From the human T2T-CHM13v2.0 reference genome, Homo sapiens: a DNA stretch of 64,000 bases. The position numbers were made by a program, and so were the translations under genes. Each line of letters begins with the position of its first letter. Positions within the stretch are counted from its first letter, which is position 1. The stretch lies in NCBI RefSeq assembly GCF_009914755.1, contig NC_060939.1, one strand, 5' to 3'. A model generated the notes under the pieces. It worked only from the letters and a program-made list of their open reading frames with translations, was not told where the DNA came from and searched no databases. Below, piece by piece: positions 34,751 through 55,077 of the stretch.

Positions 34751-35404
34751 TCAGTCTGATGTATGCATAATCTTTTTTTAATCTATTCATTCATCTATGT
34801 ATTTACCAATCAATAATCTAATGTGCACTATGGCAAATGAGATCTAAAAAAAGGAGATATCCTCATCCACACAAGATATAAAGATGAAAAAATCATTCAT
34901 TCCTAATCCACAGTGCTTAGTTTTTTTGTTTGCTTGGCTGCTCTGTTTTTGTTTTGTATTGTTTTTGAGACAGGATCTTGCTGTTGCCCAGGCTGGAGTG
35001 CAGTGGCACAATCGCCACTCACTGAGTCCTGTACCTCCCAGGCTCAAATGATCCTCCCACCTCAGGCTCCCAAGTAACTGGGACTGCGCCACTACACTTG
35101 GCTAATTTTTGTATTTTTAGTAGAGACAGGGTTTCACCATGTTGGCCGGCTGGTTTCGAACTCCTGATCTCAAGTGATCCTCCTACCTTGGCATCCCAGA
35201 GTGCTGGGATTATAGGCATTGAGCCACTGCTCCTGGCGTGAAGTTCTTAATTTTCAAATGGTTAAATGTATTACTGTTTTCTTTTCTGGTTAGTGTGTTG
35301 TGTGTCTTAAATCCTTTTCTATTTTAATGTCAGAAAAAGTACTTTTTTTTTTTTTTACTGCTGTACCACCGATTCCACCAATGTGTATTAATTTTTCTAA
35401 TTTG

Positions 35405-35845
35405 GTTTTTTATTGTAAAATATACACAACAAAATTGACCTTTTAAACCATTTTAAGTGTACAATTATTGGCGTTAAGTATGTTCACAATGCAGCCATCA
35501 CCACTATTCATTTTCAGAACTATTTCATCATCACAAACAAAAACCCTGTACCCATTAAATAACATCTCCCTATTCCCTTCTCCCCCTAGTCCCTAGTAAC
35601 CTTGGTTCTACTTTCTGTCTCTATGAATTTGCCTATTTTAGGTCCTCGTATTATTGGAATCCTACTATATTTGTCCTTTTTTGTCTTGTTTATCCTACTT
35701 AGCATAATGTTTTCAAGGTTAATCCATATTGTAGCATGTCTCAGAATTACATTGCTTTCTAAGGCTGAATAATATTTCCTCATAAATATACCACATTTTT
35801 CTTATCTATTAATCCGTTGATGGACATTTGGGTTGTTTCCACTTG
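35405..35845 (-). mobile_element. L1M 3' end fragment
   Basis: ttctactttctgtctctatgaatttgcct...ttagcataatgttttcaaggtt.atccat...gttgatggacatttgggttgtttccac. Confidence 0.8.
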
Positions 35846-36483
35846 TACACATTGGTTGTTTCCACTTGTCCAGATTTGAGGAGCTATTTTCCACATTGTT
35901 TCCACTTGTCCACATTTGAGGAGCTATTTTCTTTTAAAAATTTAAACTTTTGTTTTTGTCCTTTTTTTTTGAGACAAGTTCTCACTCTGTTGCCCAGGCT
36001 GGAGTACGATGGCACCATCATGGCTCACTGTAGCCTTGACCACCCAGGCTCAAGTGATCCTCCTACCTCAGCCTCGCAAGTAGCATGTGCCACCATGCCT
36101 GTCTAATTTTGTATTTTTGTAGAATAAAAATACAAATGGTTTCATCGTGTTGCCCAGGCTGGTTTCAAACTACTGGGTTCAAGCAATCTGCCTGCCTTGG
36201 CCTCCCAGTGTTGGGATTCCAGGTGTGAGCCTCCATGCCTGGCCTGTTTTTGCTATTTAAGACTTTAACCTATCTGAAGTTGATTTTTGAACATGGTATG
36301 AGATGTAGGAATCTGACATTTTTTTCTATATGGGTAGCTGTTTTGTTTTCCACCTTTACATATTAAAAAGTCCCGTCTTTCCCCAACTTAGACTTTCTAT
36401 TTGTCAGTTTTAACAAAGTCACAATATCCTGGGGAATAAATATGACATAGGTAATTTAATTAACCATGTAACCATCATTCTGA

Positions 36484-36861
<378 letters not shown>

Positions 36862-37914
36862 TAAGAAGCTGTTTCTAAGACTGGGATTATTTGGCTAAAG
36901 ATTATGAATATTCTTTTTTTTTTTTTAAGACAGGGTTTTATCAACTGGGCTGGAATGCAATCATATGATCATAGCTCACTGCAGCCTCATATCCTGGGCT
37001 CAAGTGATCCTCCTGCCTCAGCCTCCTGGGTAGCTGGGATGATAGGCACACACCACCACATGCAGCTAAATTTTGTACAGTCAGGGTCTTGCTACGTGGC
37101 CTAGACTGGTCCTGAACTCCTGGCCTTAGGCAATTCTCCCACCTCAGCCTCCCAAAGGGCTGAGATTATAGATTTAAGTCACTGGAGCCAGCTTAAGGTA
37201 TTATTTTTAATTATCTAAAATAAATGTGCAGTAAATACTCTTTTTATATTTTCCTGATTGTTTCCTTAGCATATAATCTCAGAAATACAACTGATCAAAG
37301 GGTATGTGCATTTTTAAGGATTTATAATGCCAGATGCCTTCCAAAAGGTGTTAACGACTTACTGAACTGACAGTATATGAGGGTGCTATACAGTCATTTA
37401 TTTATTTGAAAAACAAACAAATCTTTATTGTCTAGAAATATATATTTTTAAAATCCCCCAGAAAAGACGCTATTCTCTCATTTCCCCATCCTCTTCCTCT
37501 TCCACACCTCTGAGACAAAGGACATTATTATACTTTAGTAAAACTTCATCCAGATGTCCAGACAATACCCCAACTATGTATTCTTCTGTATTTGCAAGCT
37601 ACATGTTCTTATAGATACATCTGTAGATCTGGTTCATCTACAGATACCAGTTAGCCTTTGTAATCCATTCGCCACTTAAGTTTCACTGTCACTGGCTTTT
37701 CTGTTAATCCCTTGAGGAAAGGTTTGGGATTGAGGGGTAAATCCTTTATAACCACAGGAGAATGCTGCAGGCTATTCGCTGCTGACCAAGCTGCCACCCA
37801 TCCCTGGTGACTGCAGCAGGTACCCCCAGACAGTCATGTAAATAGACTAGGCCCAGGTCTGCAGTTCTTTGCTCTGAAAAAAGAGACGTAATAGCTTCTA
37901 CTTTTTATTTATCA

Positions 37915-38541
<627 letters not shown>

Positions 38542-38657
38542 TTAATCCTAGCACTCTGGGAAGCCAAGGCTAGTGGATCACCTGAGGTCAGGAGTTAGAG
38601 TCTAGCCTGGCCAACATGGCAAAACCCCATCTCCACTAAAAATACAAAAATTAGCTA

Positions 38658-38858
<201 letters not shown>

Positions 38859-39089
38859 CTACAATTCCTCTTTTTTTTTTTTTCTTTTGGATTTCTCAGG
38901 AATGATTTCTTCCTAGTTAGACCGCCAGTGTTGCATGGTAACCACACCCATGAAAAGGGCCGGAATATTGAAAAACTGCATGAAACTAAGCGCTGTGGGT
39001 CGGGCACAGTGGTTCACGCCTGTAATCCCAGCACTTTGGGAGGCCAAGGTGGCTGGATTGCTTGAGCTCAGGAGCTTGAGACCAGCCTA

Positions 39090-39296
<207 letters not shown>

Positions 39297-39752
39297 TTAG
39301 TCAAAGAGCTTCATAAAAAGTGAAAAAACAAGCTATAAATTAAGAGACAGTTTACTGTGCGCACACATTATATGTGTGTGTGTATATATGTATCTTCATG
39401 GATTAGAATAATATATTAAAAACTATTAATTTCTAAATGGACAAATCATAAATAGACATTTCACAGAAGAAGAAAAAATATATAGCTAACGAATATATGA
39501 AGATATAGTTAATTTCACTAATAAAAGAAACGCAAGCTATACCACAAGATACCATCTCATATCCATTTGATTGGGAAAAAAATTAAGAAGTCTGACATTA
39601 GTAAGTGCTGGAGAGGATGTAGATCAATGGAAATCTTCACACATGGCAAGGGGGTACGACTGCTTTGAAACACAGTTTGACATTGTCTTATAAAGTTAAA
39701 TCTTCACAGACTTTAGGACCCAACAATCTACTCCTAAGTGTATACCCTAGAG

Positions 39753-40781
<1,029 letters not shown>

Positions 40782-40854
40782 CCCTAGAGACCCTCTTACA
40801 CATATGCACCAGAAAACATGTTTAAGAATGTTCATAACAGCACCATTCATAACA

Positions 40855-41351
<497 letters not shown>

Positions 41352-41392
41352 GTATGCCTCAGATTCCCAAAGTGCTGGGATTACAGGCGTGA

Positions 41393-41680
<288 letters not shown>

Positions 41681-41959
41681 TGATCCACCCACCTCGGCCT
41701 CCCAAAGTGCTGGGATTACAGGCATGAGCCATGGCGCCTGGCCGTTCCTGTGCATTTTTTACCCGAATTCCTCCCATTTCACTTTTAAGATCATTTCTTG
41801 TTCTAAGGAAGCAGAGAGTAGTCATCATTTACAGATGACCTTTACATTGAACATAATGTCTGAAGTTTGCATCTTTCCTAAATCTTTTCCCAAAGAATTA
41901 AAAAAATATATATATCCCAAGCATTGAAGGAAACTTGAGAGGGCCCTCCATAGCCTTAC

Positions 41960-42065
41960 CTTCAGCAGGTTTAGGACTTTCTTGCCAAGATCCAGCTCAA
42001 AGTTGGCATAATTAGAACCACACATGTCATAGATAAACACCAGTCCATTCCTCTGAGTTTCAAAG
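41960..42065 (-). CDS. PTPN9: PTPN9 exon 5 (106 nt), Sec14 domain
   Basis: ttacag|CTTTGAA ... CTGAAG|gtaagg. Encodes (S)FETQRNGLVFIYDMCGSNYANFELDLGKKVLNLLK. Confidence 0.96.
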
Positions 42066-43214
42066 CTGTAAATCAACCATTGAACAAAAACATTTGTAAG
42101 TAAGCAGATGGATGAGGCAGGTTGAAAGCCTAATGCCAAAACAAAACCTGAGAGTATGAGACACATCTAGGATCAAAACAACTGCCTGACTGCACACTGG
42201 TCTTACAAAAAGATCTCTTATCTTTGGTATCTGCTATGTTTATTAAGGCAGATTTATCCAGATGTACCAAATGCCAAACTCGTAGGTTGAGAATGCTCTA
42301 CAGCAACTAAGTTATCAAAATCTGAACTGTTTTCTCCCACCCCTCTGAATCTACCTACCCAAATCATATAACATATTCCGTACTCAACCCCAAAGTTTCC
42401 TCTTCCATGAAAGTTTCCCTGATAACTGTAATCAAACATGCTACCAATTGTTTTTTCCCTTAAAGCCCCATAAATCTTTCTGTGGATTTTTCTTGTGGCC
42501 TTAATAAACTCTGTATAGCCATCTGATTCTCTCCTAAAGGACAAGAACTTGTTGTTCCACTCATTACGCCCAACAATCCCTAGCACAGCCCTTAAAAATA
42601 AATGGTCACTGAATTGTAATTCAGTAGACTGGAAGCCCATCTCTAAGAAAATATTTCAGACCTGTGAAAAACTGTGTAGAACAAAACTGCCTCTAAGCTC
42701 ATTGATAGTAAATTTGTCTCTTATGACCCCATGGAGGAAGAGAACAAACCCATAAATGGCCTTTGGAAAGCATTCCTAAAAAGTAGATTAAGGCTGACAT
42801 AGTGGTTCATGACTGTAGTCTCAGTACTTTGGGAGGCTAAGGATGGTGGATAGCTTAAGCCCAGGAATTTGAGACCAGGCTGGGCAACATGACAATACCT
42901 CATCATGTAGTGACCTATAGTCTCAGCTACTTGGGAGGCTCAGGTGGGAGGGTCACTTGAGCCCAGGAGGTCGAGGCTACAGGGAGGTCATGCCACTGCA
43001 CTCCAGCCTGGGAGACAGCGTGAGATCTTGTCTTAAGAAAAAGTAAGACTGGGCGCAGTGGCTCACGCCTGTAATCCTAGCACTTTGGGAGGCCAAGGCA
43101 GCTGGATCGCTTGAACCCAGGAGTTCAAGACCAGTCTGGGCAACATGGCAAGACCCTGACTCTATTTAAAAAAAAAAAAAAAAAGAGGGAAAAGAAAGAA
43201 AAAAAAGTAGATTA

Positions 43215-43595
<381 letters not shown>

Positions 43596-43828
43596 TCAGT
43601 CCAATTTCCCAGATTTATAAAGATTTCTCAAAGATGTACTCTTCCACCAAGCCAGATCCGTACTTATATGTGATCTGCAGACCCAAATGGTCATTAGGAT
43701 AAATTATTTGATTGGACTACTCACAGATGACAGCAAGAGTTTTCACATCTATTTAGAATTGAGAAAATGTTTGGCACAAAACTCATTCCTGAAATCAGGA
43801 GTCTCAAAGTTATTGTTTTTTGTTTTGA

Positions 43829-44205
<377 letters not shown>

Positions 44206-44347
44206 TGAGCTAACATTTCAAAAATGTCTAATTCTGAGGTACATGAAAGTTTCTCCAGCAGACTTAGTTTCAACTGGCACCTAATGTGTTACATTAGTGT
44301 TAAATCTTTACTCCTTTTTCTTATTTATTTCTTTACTTATTTTTTAA

Positions 44348-44572
<225 letters not shown>

Positions 44573-45138
44573 TAATCTCAGCACTTTGGGAGACTGAGAT
44601 GTGAAGACTGCTTGAGGCCAGAAGTTCGAGACCAGCCTGGTCAACAGAGTGAAACTCCGCCTCTACAAAAAAATTTTAAAATTGGACGGGTTTATTAGTA
44701 CGTGCCTGTGGTCCCAGCTCCTTGGGAGACAGAGGCAGGAGGATCATTTGAGCCCAGGAGTTGAGGCTGCTGTGAGTTATGATGATGCAACTGCACTTCA
44801 GCCCGAGCAAAAGTGAGACCCTGTCTCTTAAATAAAAAGAAACAAAGAAAATGTGTGGCACAATTATTGAATAGGCTATCCAGATCTAGATACTTTCTAT
44901 TTCTCCATGAGCTCCTCAAGGGTCAAATTCAAATTATGGGCTTTCCCCTCATGACTCCAGGTTGTGGCAGGGGACTAAAACAAAAACAAGTCAGTGAGGG
45001 GGCAAAGAGAATTTAAAAAAAAAGAAGCTTGGATGCATAATGAATGATCCAGGTTCTATATTCCCAGATCAAAGTGCTCATCCTGTGAAGGCACATAAAA
45101 CATGAATGCAGTAAGATTTTCACACTTTAGGGTATAGA

Positions 45139-45590
<452 letters not shown>

Positions 45591-45599
45591 TAGCCTCGA

Positions 45600-45667
45600 C
45601 CTCCCAGGGCTCAGATGATCCTCCCAGGGCTCAGGTGATCCTCCCAGGGCTCAGGTGATCCTCCCAG
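45600..45667. repeat. 20-bp minisatellite (about 3.4 copies) inside an Alu
   Basis: cctcccagggctcag(a/g)tgat repeated. Confidence 0.9.
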
Positions 45668-45935
45668 TTCAGCCTTCCGTGAGTGTCTGGGACTACAGGC
45701 AAATACCACCATGCCTGGCTGCCTAATTTTTAAACTTTTTGTAGAGACGAGGCCTTGCTATGTTGCCCAGGCTGGTCTCGAACTTCTGGGCTCAAGCGAT
45801 CCTCTCACCTGGCCTCCCAAAGTGTTGGGATTACAGGCATGAGCCACTGCACCCAGTTTAAGATTTACAATGGGCCGGGCACGGTGGCTCACGCCTGTAA
45901 TCCCAACACTTTGGGAGGCTGAGGTGGGTGGATCA

Positions 45936-46529
<594 letters not shown>

Positions 46530-47829
46530 TCACGATACCATTCTCTCTCAACCTACAGAGATTCGGATGTTAAAAAGAAAGTTTCCTGCCCTCAAGAAGC
46601 GAGTGGATTCATCATGTTGCCCAGGGCTGGTCTCAAACTCCCGGGCTCAGACAATCTGCCCATCTCAGCCAACCAAAGTGCTAGGATTACAGGCATGAAT
46701 CAATGCGCCTGGCCTCAATATAGCACTTCTAATCCGGAGGACCAGCCAAAGATGTCGAGAGCAGTAAGAAACTGTAAATTACAAGCACCAGGGAAAAAGG
46801 AATAGCAGAACAACAGCATGGGAGGACAGAAATAACTCTGCCCAAGAGTGAAGAAACCAGGATCTTAGAACCAGCTGGACTAACATATGATGACTGTAAA
46901 AAACTTCTTGGGGCTTGAGTTTAATTGTCAATTGAATTGTAACAATACCAATTACCTTAGCAGGAAGAGAGTGATGACCTGAGCTGGTTCTTTATGCTTA
47001 TGCACCTCTTTTTATTAAGGATGGTTTTTGCTTAACTTTATACTTCTGGGCTTCTCCCTGAATGTTTTTTTGTTGTTGTTGTTTGTTTTGTGTGGGCTTT
47101 TTTGTGGGGTTTTTTTTGAGACAGGTCTTGCTGTGTCACCCAGGCTGGAATGCAGTGGCGTGATCATGGCTCACTACAGCTTCACCATTCTGGGCTCAAG
47201 TGATCCTCCCACCTCAGCAACCTCCCCCACCTCCCCCAAGAAGCTGGGACTAAAGGTGCACGCTACCACACCCAGCTAATTTTTTGTATTTTTTATCAGA
47301 GACAGGGTTTCACCATGTTGTCCAGGCTGGTCTCAACTCCTGGCTTCAAGCAATCCACCTGCTTCAGCCTCCCAAAGTGCTGGGATTACAGGTGTGAGCC
47401 ACTGCACCCAGCCCTCCCCTGAATGTTGAGTCTCAAAATCCTCTGAACTAAACGGCATTATTCCTGTTATGCAGACAAAGAAACTGAGGCCTTAGAGGTT
47501 CTGATATGAGCAAAAAGAACCAGCACAGGTCATCTCCCCCTCATTCTTTTCCAATAAGTAGTTTTCCATACACTGAAGATTGCCGATAATTGACTTTCTC
47601 AGCTTCTGTTTTCCTGACATAGAGCCAAGGTGGTAAAGAGAACGCCCACCATCTTGATAGTGCCTGCAAACATGCCGAGTTCTAAAGGACATGGATTGTT
47701 TTCTATTCATAGCATTGCCCAGGGCACATCCTAGGAGAATGGCGAAGGCACTGCTGAATTTAATCAAGTAAAAAACTGTCACTTTCCTACCTGCATGTAG
47801 AATACCTAAAAAATAATCTCAATGCTTAC

Positions 47830-47954
47830 CTATCCACAGCTCTGTCTAGCAAGTAAAACAGAGCCTGAAGTACCACATGTTGGACTGACTTGTGGGGATG
47901 ATGCAACCTGGCAGTAAAGAGGGCAATGGAGGCTCCTGTTGGGTCCCGAACATT
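47830..47954 (-). CDS. PTPN9: PTPN9 exon 4 (125 nt), Sec14 domain
   Basis: ctttag|AATGTT ... GATAG|gtaagc. Encodes NVRDPTGASIALFTARLHHPHKSVQHVVLQALFYLLDRAVD(S). Confidence 0.96.
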
Positions 47955-48670
47955 CTAAAGCAAATAAAACAAGAAACATTAAAAAAATCAAATAGAAAAT
48001 CACAGCAATTACTAAGACTTATATACTGGATAAGGGTTTGATACATGTAGAAAACAGATGCTAACAATAATTCCCTGACTTCACCAATTGCTGTCCAAAG
48101 GGAAGAGTGTTAATATCATCCTTTGTCTGATTCTCCCAGGACTCCCTGGACCATATTTCTGTGGTAAGAAAAAAAAAACACATTCTCTTTGCTCTTCAAC
48201 TACAGACAGATCAAAGGATGGCTGTGCACTGGCTTCCTAGCTAACTTCCCTGGCAGAATGGCAAAAGAAACAAGCAGCAGGAGAGAACCAGGGAACAGGA
48301 CCATGATTTCCACCCTCTGCCTTAAAAGTGCCATTGTATGTTTACTTGAAAGGCTGAGGTCTCAACTAAGTGGAGAGCTTGCGTTAAATATGGAAGCATG
48401 GGTGTCTGACACATTGCATATCTCTCCCAAAGACCATGACTAACCTTAATGGACCAACTGAAGAAACTTTTCTAAGTCTACTGTACAACTGATTTTCCAT
48501 AATTCAATTATTCAATTATCATTAGTAACTCTAATTACTAGAAACTATTAGTAATTCAATTGTTACTAAAATAATTTTATACCAAACTGCATGGCTGTTT
48601 CACATCTGCTCCTAACTGTGGAGACTCTCTAGATTCAGGATAAGGTATATAGGAACAAAGTCCAAACAGG

Positions 48671-48843
48671 GGGGGATGGAGGAGGGATAGCATTAAGAGA
48701 TATACCTAATGCTAAATGACGAGTTAATGGGTGCAGCACACCAACAAGGCACATGTATACATATGTAACAAACCTGCACGTTGTGCACATGTACCCTAAA
48801 ACTTAAAGTATAATAATAATAAAATTAAAAAAAAAAAAAAAAA
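48671..48843 (+). mobile_element. 5'-truncated L1PA (about L1PA3-5) 3' end
   Basis: gagatatacctaatgctaaatgacgagttaatgggtgcagcacacc...acttaaagtataataa followed by poly(A). 17-bp TSD aacaaagtccaaacagg at 48654-48670 and 48844-48860. Confidence 0.93.
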
Positions 48844-48917
48844 AACAAAGTCCAAACAGGACACCAGTTAAAAAAGGAAGTAATAAGGCCCTACAAGATA
48901 GGTCCCTAAACACTCAC

Positions 48918-49007
48918 TAAGATGGTGAATTTTCCACTGAGGATCTCAGAACGAAGAGGTTCCTCATGAGGTTTCAGCTTTACAATGCCTTCCTTCCTTC
49001 GAGTTTC
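48918..49007 (-). CDS. PTPN9: PTPN9 exon 3 (90 nt)
   Basis: ttttag|GAAACT ... ATCTTA|gtgagt. Encodes ETRRKEGIVKLKPHEEPLRSEILSGKFTIL. Phase 0-0. Confidence 0.96.
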
Positions 49008-49267
49008 CTAAAAAGGAAGCACAGCAAAATGTATTAATATGAAAATACTGTATATCCAGGACAGCACCATGTAACCACCAAATCTCAGAGATAAGGTGGT
49101 TATCAATGAATGAATGAATTATAAATTTCATAACTAAATAAATTTTGTAACTAATTTCATAACCAATTCTACTTCATTTAGTTGAATTAGAATTCAATTA
49201 AATGGGCCGGGCGCAGTGGCCCACGCCTGTAATCCCACCACTTTGAGAGGCCAAGGCGGGCAGGTCA

Positions 49268-49519
<252 letters not shown>

Positions 49520-50323
49520 CTAAATGAATAATGAAGTCAACTAAATGAATTATGAATTTCTTTGTAACCTGCCTCCAAGCCAGTCAAGCATTTTCGGAAT
49601 TCCTGTCCAAAGCTACTTTATCAGCCCCTCAGGTAGGGTATTTTTCTCTGACTCAGTAAGAACCCTAACCCTGAAGAGTAACCAGTATGTTACATTCAGG
49701 TGCAGGATCAAGGTTCTTAAACACGCAGCAGCACTGACATGGTACCAGGACACTAAAATATGGACCTCAAAAATGTCTGGATGCCTACGTTCTCACATAT
49801 TTTCTAGGTTTAGGCCTCTCCTATGTTTAAATAGGAGCCTTCTCTCCACCTGATATTGTCTCCAACAGCAGCTACCATGACTTCATTTTCCTCACCCTGA
49901 TGGCCAGATTCTTTTTTTTTTTTTAATTGAGACCAAGTCTCACACTGTTGCTGAGGCTGGAGTGCAGTGGCATGATCTTGGCTCACTGCAACCTCCACGT
50001 CCAAGAGATTCTCTTGCCTCAGCCTCCTGAGTAGCTGGGATTACAGGCACGTGCCACCATGCCTGGCTAATTTTTGTGTTTTTAGTAGAGACGGGGTTTT
50101 GCCATGTTGCCCAGGCTGGTCTCCAACTCCTGGGCTGAAGCGATCCACCCGCCTCGGCCTCCCAAAGTGCTGGGATTACAGGCATGAGCCACCGCGCCCA
50201 GCCTCTTCAGTTCTCCTCTTAAATGACAAGGTTGACCACCTACACTTCCTTTTTCCGGAGACATTCTCTACCTTTATATACCGATAACAAAAAAATATTA
50301 TCTTGGTTTGTCTTATTTCATCA

Positions 50324-50479
<156 letters not shown>

Positions 50480-50679
50480 TTAGCCAGGTATGGTGGTGCA
50501 TGCCTGTGGTCCCAGCTACTCGGGAGGCTAAGGTGAGGTGGGAGGATCACTTGAGCTCAGGAGGCAGAGATCTGCAGTGAGCTGAGATCATGCCACTTCA
50601 CTTCAGTCTGGGAGACACAGCAAGACTCTGTCTCAAAAAAAAAAGTGCTTCCACAGAATCCAGTGCTGCCTTATCATAA

Positions 50680-50865
<186 letters not shown>

Positions 50866-51827
50866 TAATTTTTGTAGTTTTAGTAGAGATGCGGTTTTGC
50901 CATTTTGTTCAGGCTGGTCTCAAACTCCTGACCTCAAGTGATCCACCTGCCTTGGCCTCCCAAAGTGCTGAGATTACAGGCATGAGCCACCGCACCCAGC
51001 CCTAGTCTCTCTTTCTAAATAGTAATCTCTGCACCTGGAACACAGTAAGTATAAAATAAGTATCTGTTGAGTAAATGAATGAATATTGAATGAGCTGGTC
51101 CACAAGACAGATGTAACCAAACTTCAGTTAAGCTAATCCTAGTGCTTGTTATCCCAATTTTTTTTTTTAGGGAGATTTTGTATTTCTTTAGAAGGATTCT
51201 GACCCCAAAGTAACATGCTGTATAGTGTTTTATCAAAGACACTACTAACTGAGAAAGCAAACAAGCACAAAACCAAAGTCTATGCCCCCTCAAAAAACAA
51301 AAATCAAAACAAAGTAAAATCCTGATGCCGCTACATTTGCATAAAGATACTTTAAGATAATGGACCTAGCTAATACACAGTTGCTCTTCTTTTCCAGTGT
51401 TAAAACTTCCCTTCCTGAACTGCCCACTAAGCTCATCATTCATCTGAATGGCAAGTTTCTAAAAGCCTTAGACAACCTGAAAACCAAGATTTTCATGTGG
51501 CCAGAGGCCAATGAAAAGAGCTAGGATTAAAACTCTAGGAAGGGTGAACCCCTATCCTGCCACCAGGATGCTGTCAGGCTACTTCCTCCGTCTCAATCAT
51601 TAGATGTGGCATCCTGGTCTACGATCAAAACTTAGGTACAAAAGTAGTGCCTTCCAGTAGCTGCCTTGCCCAGCTTCAGCTCTCACAAGGGCTCCTGGAT
51701 ATGGATCCATTTTTTATGAAAGTGAGGAGGAACACTTAGAGAACCAATGTGTGTGTCGAGCATGACAGGGACAACAGCAACACTTAACCCAACTGCCACA
51801 GGTCTGGTCTACCCCTGAGCCACATAC

Positions 51828-51971
51828 TCTGTAGGAGTGGAACAATTCTATGGCACGGAGCACATCAAACTTCCTTGCCATGAGGAACTTGACAGCCACA
51901 TTCCAAGACAGCGGGGAAACATTGTACTGAACTGTCCACTTGTTAATCTCTTCGAGAAACTGCTTGGTAGC
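51828..51971 (-). CDS. PTPN9: PTPN9 exon 2 (144 nt), N-terminal CRAL-TRIO region
   Basis: aaacag|GCTACCAAG ... TACAGA|gtatgt. Encodes ATKQFLEEINKWTVQYNVSPLSWNVAVKFLMARKFDVLRAIELFHSYR. Phase 0-0. Confidence 0.96.
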
Positions 51972-52405
51972 CTGTTTGACAAAGAAAGAAAGAATAATTA
52001 GTAAGAAGAGAGCATATTTATGGAGTCAAAAAACAAACAAGTGAAAACTATCATCCCTTCTCCAAGCAAGTCTGAACCCAGTTTGCTACAGGGAGCAGGG
52101 AAAGACAAACAAAAAGGTAGAAACAGGTCTGAAACCAGACATAGTTAAAATTTGTATAATTCAATGAGGCCAGAAGCCAGATCTAGGTTCAGAAAACAGG
52201 ACTTAGTGCAGGTATGCATGAAAAAATGAGGGGGGAGAAGAGGGATCCTAAATGAGATGCAAATTACTAGTCCCAAAGCAAAAAATAAAAAAATTTAAAA
52301 ATTTTGGGAGGCCACACTTTGGGAGGTAGAGGTGGGAGGATCACTTGAGGTCAGGAGTTCAAGACTAGCCTGACCAACATGGTGAAACTCCATCCATCTC
52401 TACTA

Positions 52406-52630
<225 letters not shown>

Positions 52631-53132
52631 TTATTGCCTAATGCAGTGTAGTATAGCAGTCTCAGCTGCTGCTTTGGTCCCACAAGCCAAATGGACACAG
52701 CAAAAGAATCAGAAAATGGTTTTGGCTTTGGAATTTGAGGCCAGTAAAATTATTAAGAAGAACTTAGCCAATCAAAAGAGCAGCTATTCTTTGTGCTAAC
52801 TGACCCCACTGGACCTCTTCATGCTTTATATGGCAACCCCAAAACTGGATACTAGTACCCAGAGTCAATAACAGCCCCTCTGGATAGTGGTTTTGGAAAG
52901 GGGAGGAAAATTTTCATTTTTACTGTCTGACCCAGGCTGGCAAGATGCCTGCTTCCAGAACTGTTTCTATCTCTCAACTAATTCATGTTCTTTTATGCAC
53001 TCTCATCCTATTTCTCCTTACATTATAACCAATTTCCTTTTTAGACAAACTACTTTTCTGTTTCTTCATTTTAGAATGATTTAAATTGGGATTTTTTTTT
53101 TTCTTTTTTTGAGACAGGGTCTCACTCTGTGA

Positions 53133-53282
<150 letters not shown>

Positions 53283-53700
53283 TAGTAGAGACAAGGTCTC
53301 ACTACATAGCCCAGGATTGGTCTCAAACTCCGGGGCTCAAGCGATCCTCTCATGATCCCTCTCAAAGTGCTGGGATTACAGGCATGAGCCACTGCCCTCA
53401 GCACATTTTTTTTTTTTTTTTTTTTGAGACAATATCTCACTCTGTCACCCAGCAGACTGCAGTGCAGTGGCACAATTACTGCTCATTGCAGCCTCAAACT
53501 CCTGGGCTCAAGGGATCCTCCTGTCCCCGCCTTCCGAGTAGCTGTGACTACAGGTGCACACCACCATGCCTGGATAATTTTTTTGATTTTTTGTAGAGAC
53601 GAGGACTCCCTTTGTTGGCCAGGCTGGTCTTGAACTCCAGTGCTCAAGTGATCATTCCATCTCGCATTCCCAAAGAGCTGGGATTGCATCTGTGAGCTAA

Positions 53701-53931
<231 letters not shown>

Positions 53932-54201
53932 TGATCCGTCCGCCTCGGCCTCCCAAAGTGCTGGGATTACAGGTGTGAGCCACCGCACCCAGCCAGGAAT
54001 AATTTTTTTGTAGGCATTCTACACTACTAAAAGCTTCATGCATGGCTATTCTGTCCCTTCCATCCAGAAACTTTTCTCAGCTGTTTGTCTGCAATATGAC
54101 GAACCTGATGAGAATTCTGAATTTTAACCATACCTCTATTCCCAATCAACCCACAGTTATGACTTATTTATTCATATTTAATAAGCACCTGTTATTTGTT
54201 A

Positions 54202-54691
<490 letters not shown>

Positions 54692-55077
54692 TCACGAGGT
54701 CAGGAGCTCGAGACCAGCCTGGCCAATATGGTGAAACCCCGTCTCTACTAAAAATACAAAAATTAGCTGGGCATGGTGGCATGCGCCTGTGCTCCCGGCT
54801 AGTCAGGAGGCTGAGGCAGAAGAATCGCTTGAACCAGGAGGTGGGGTTGTAGTGAGCCAAGATCGCACCACTGCACTCCAGCCTGAGCGACAGAGAGAGA
54901 CTCCATCTCAAAAAAAAAAAAAAAAAAAGAAAAGAAAGAAAGAAAGAAAGAAAAAGAAAGGGAGGGCTAGGCACGGTGGCTCATGCCTGTAATCCTAGCA
55001 CTCCGGGAGGCCAAGGCAGGAAGATCACTTGAGGCCAATTCAAGATCAGCCTGGCCAACGTAGTGAGATCCTGTCTC

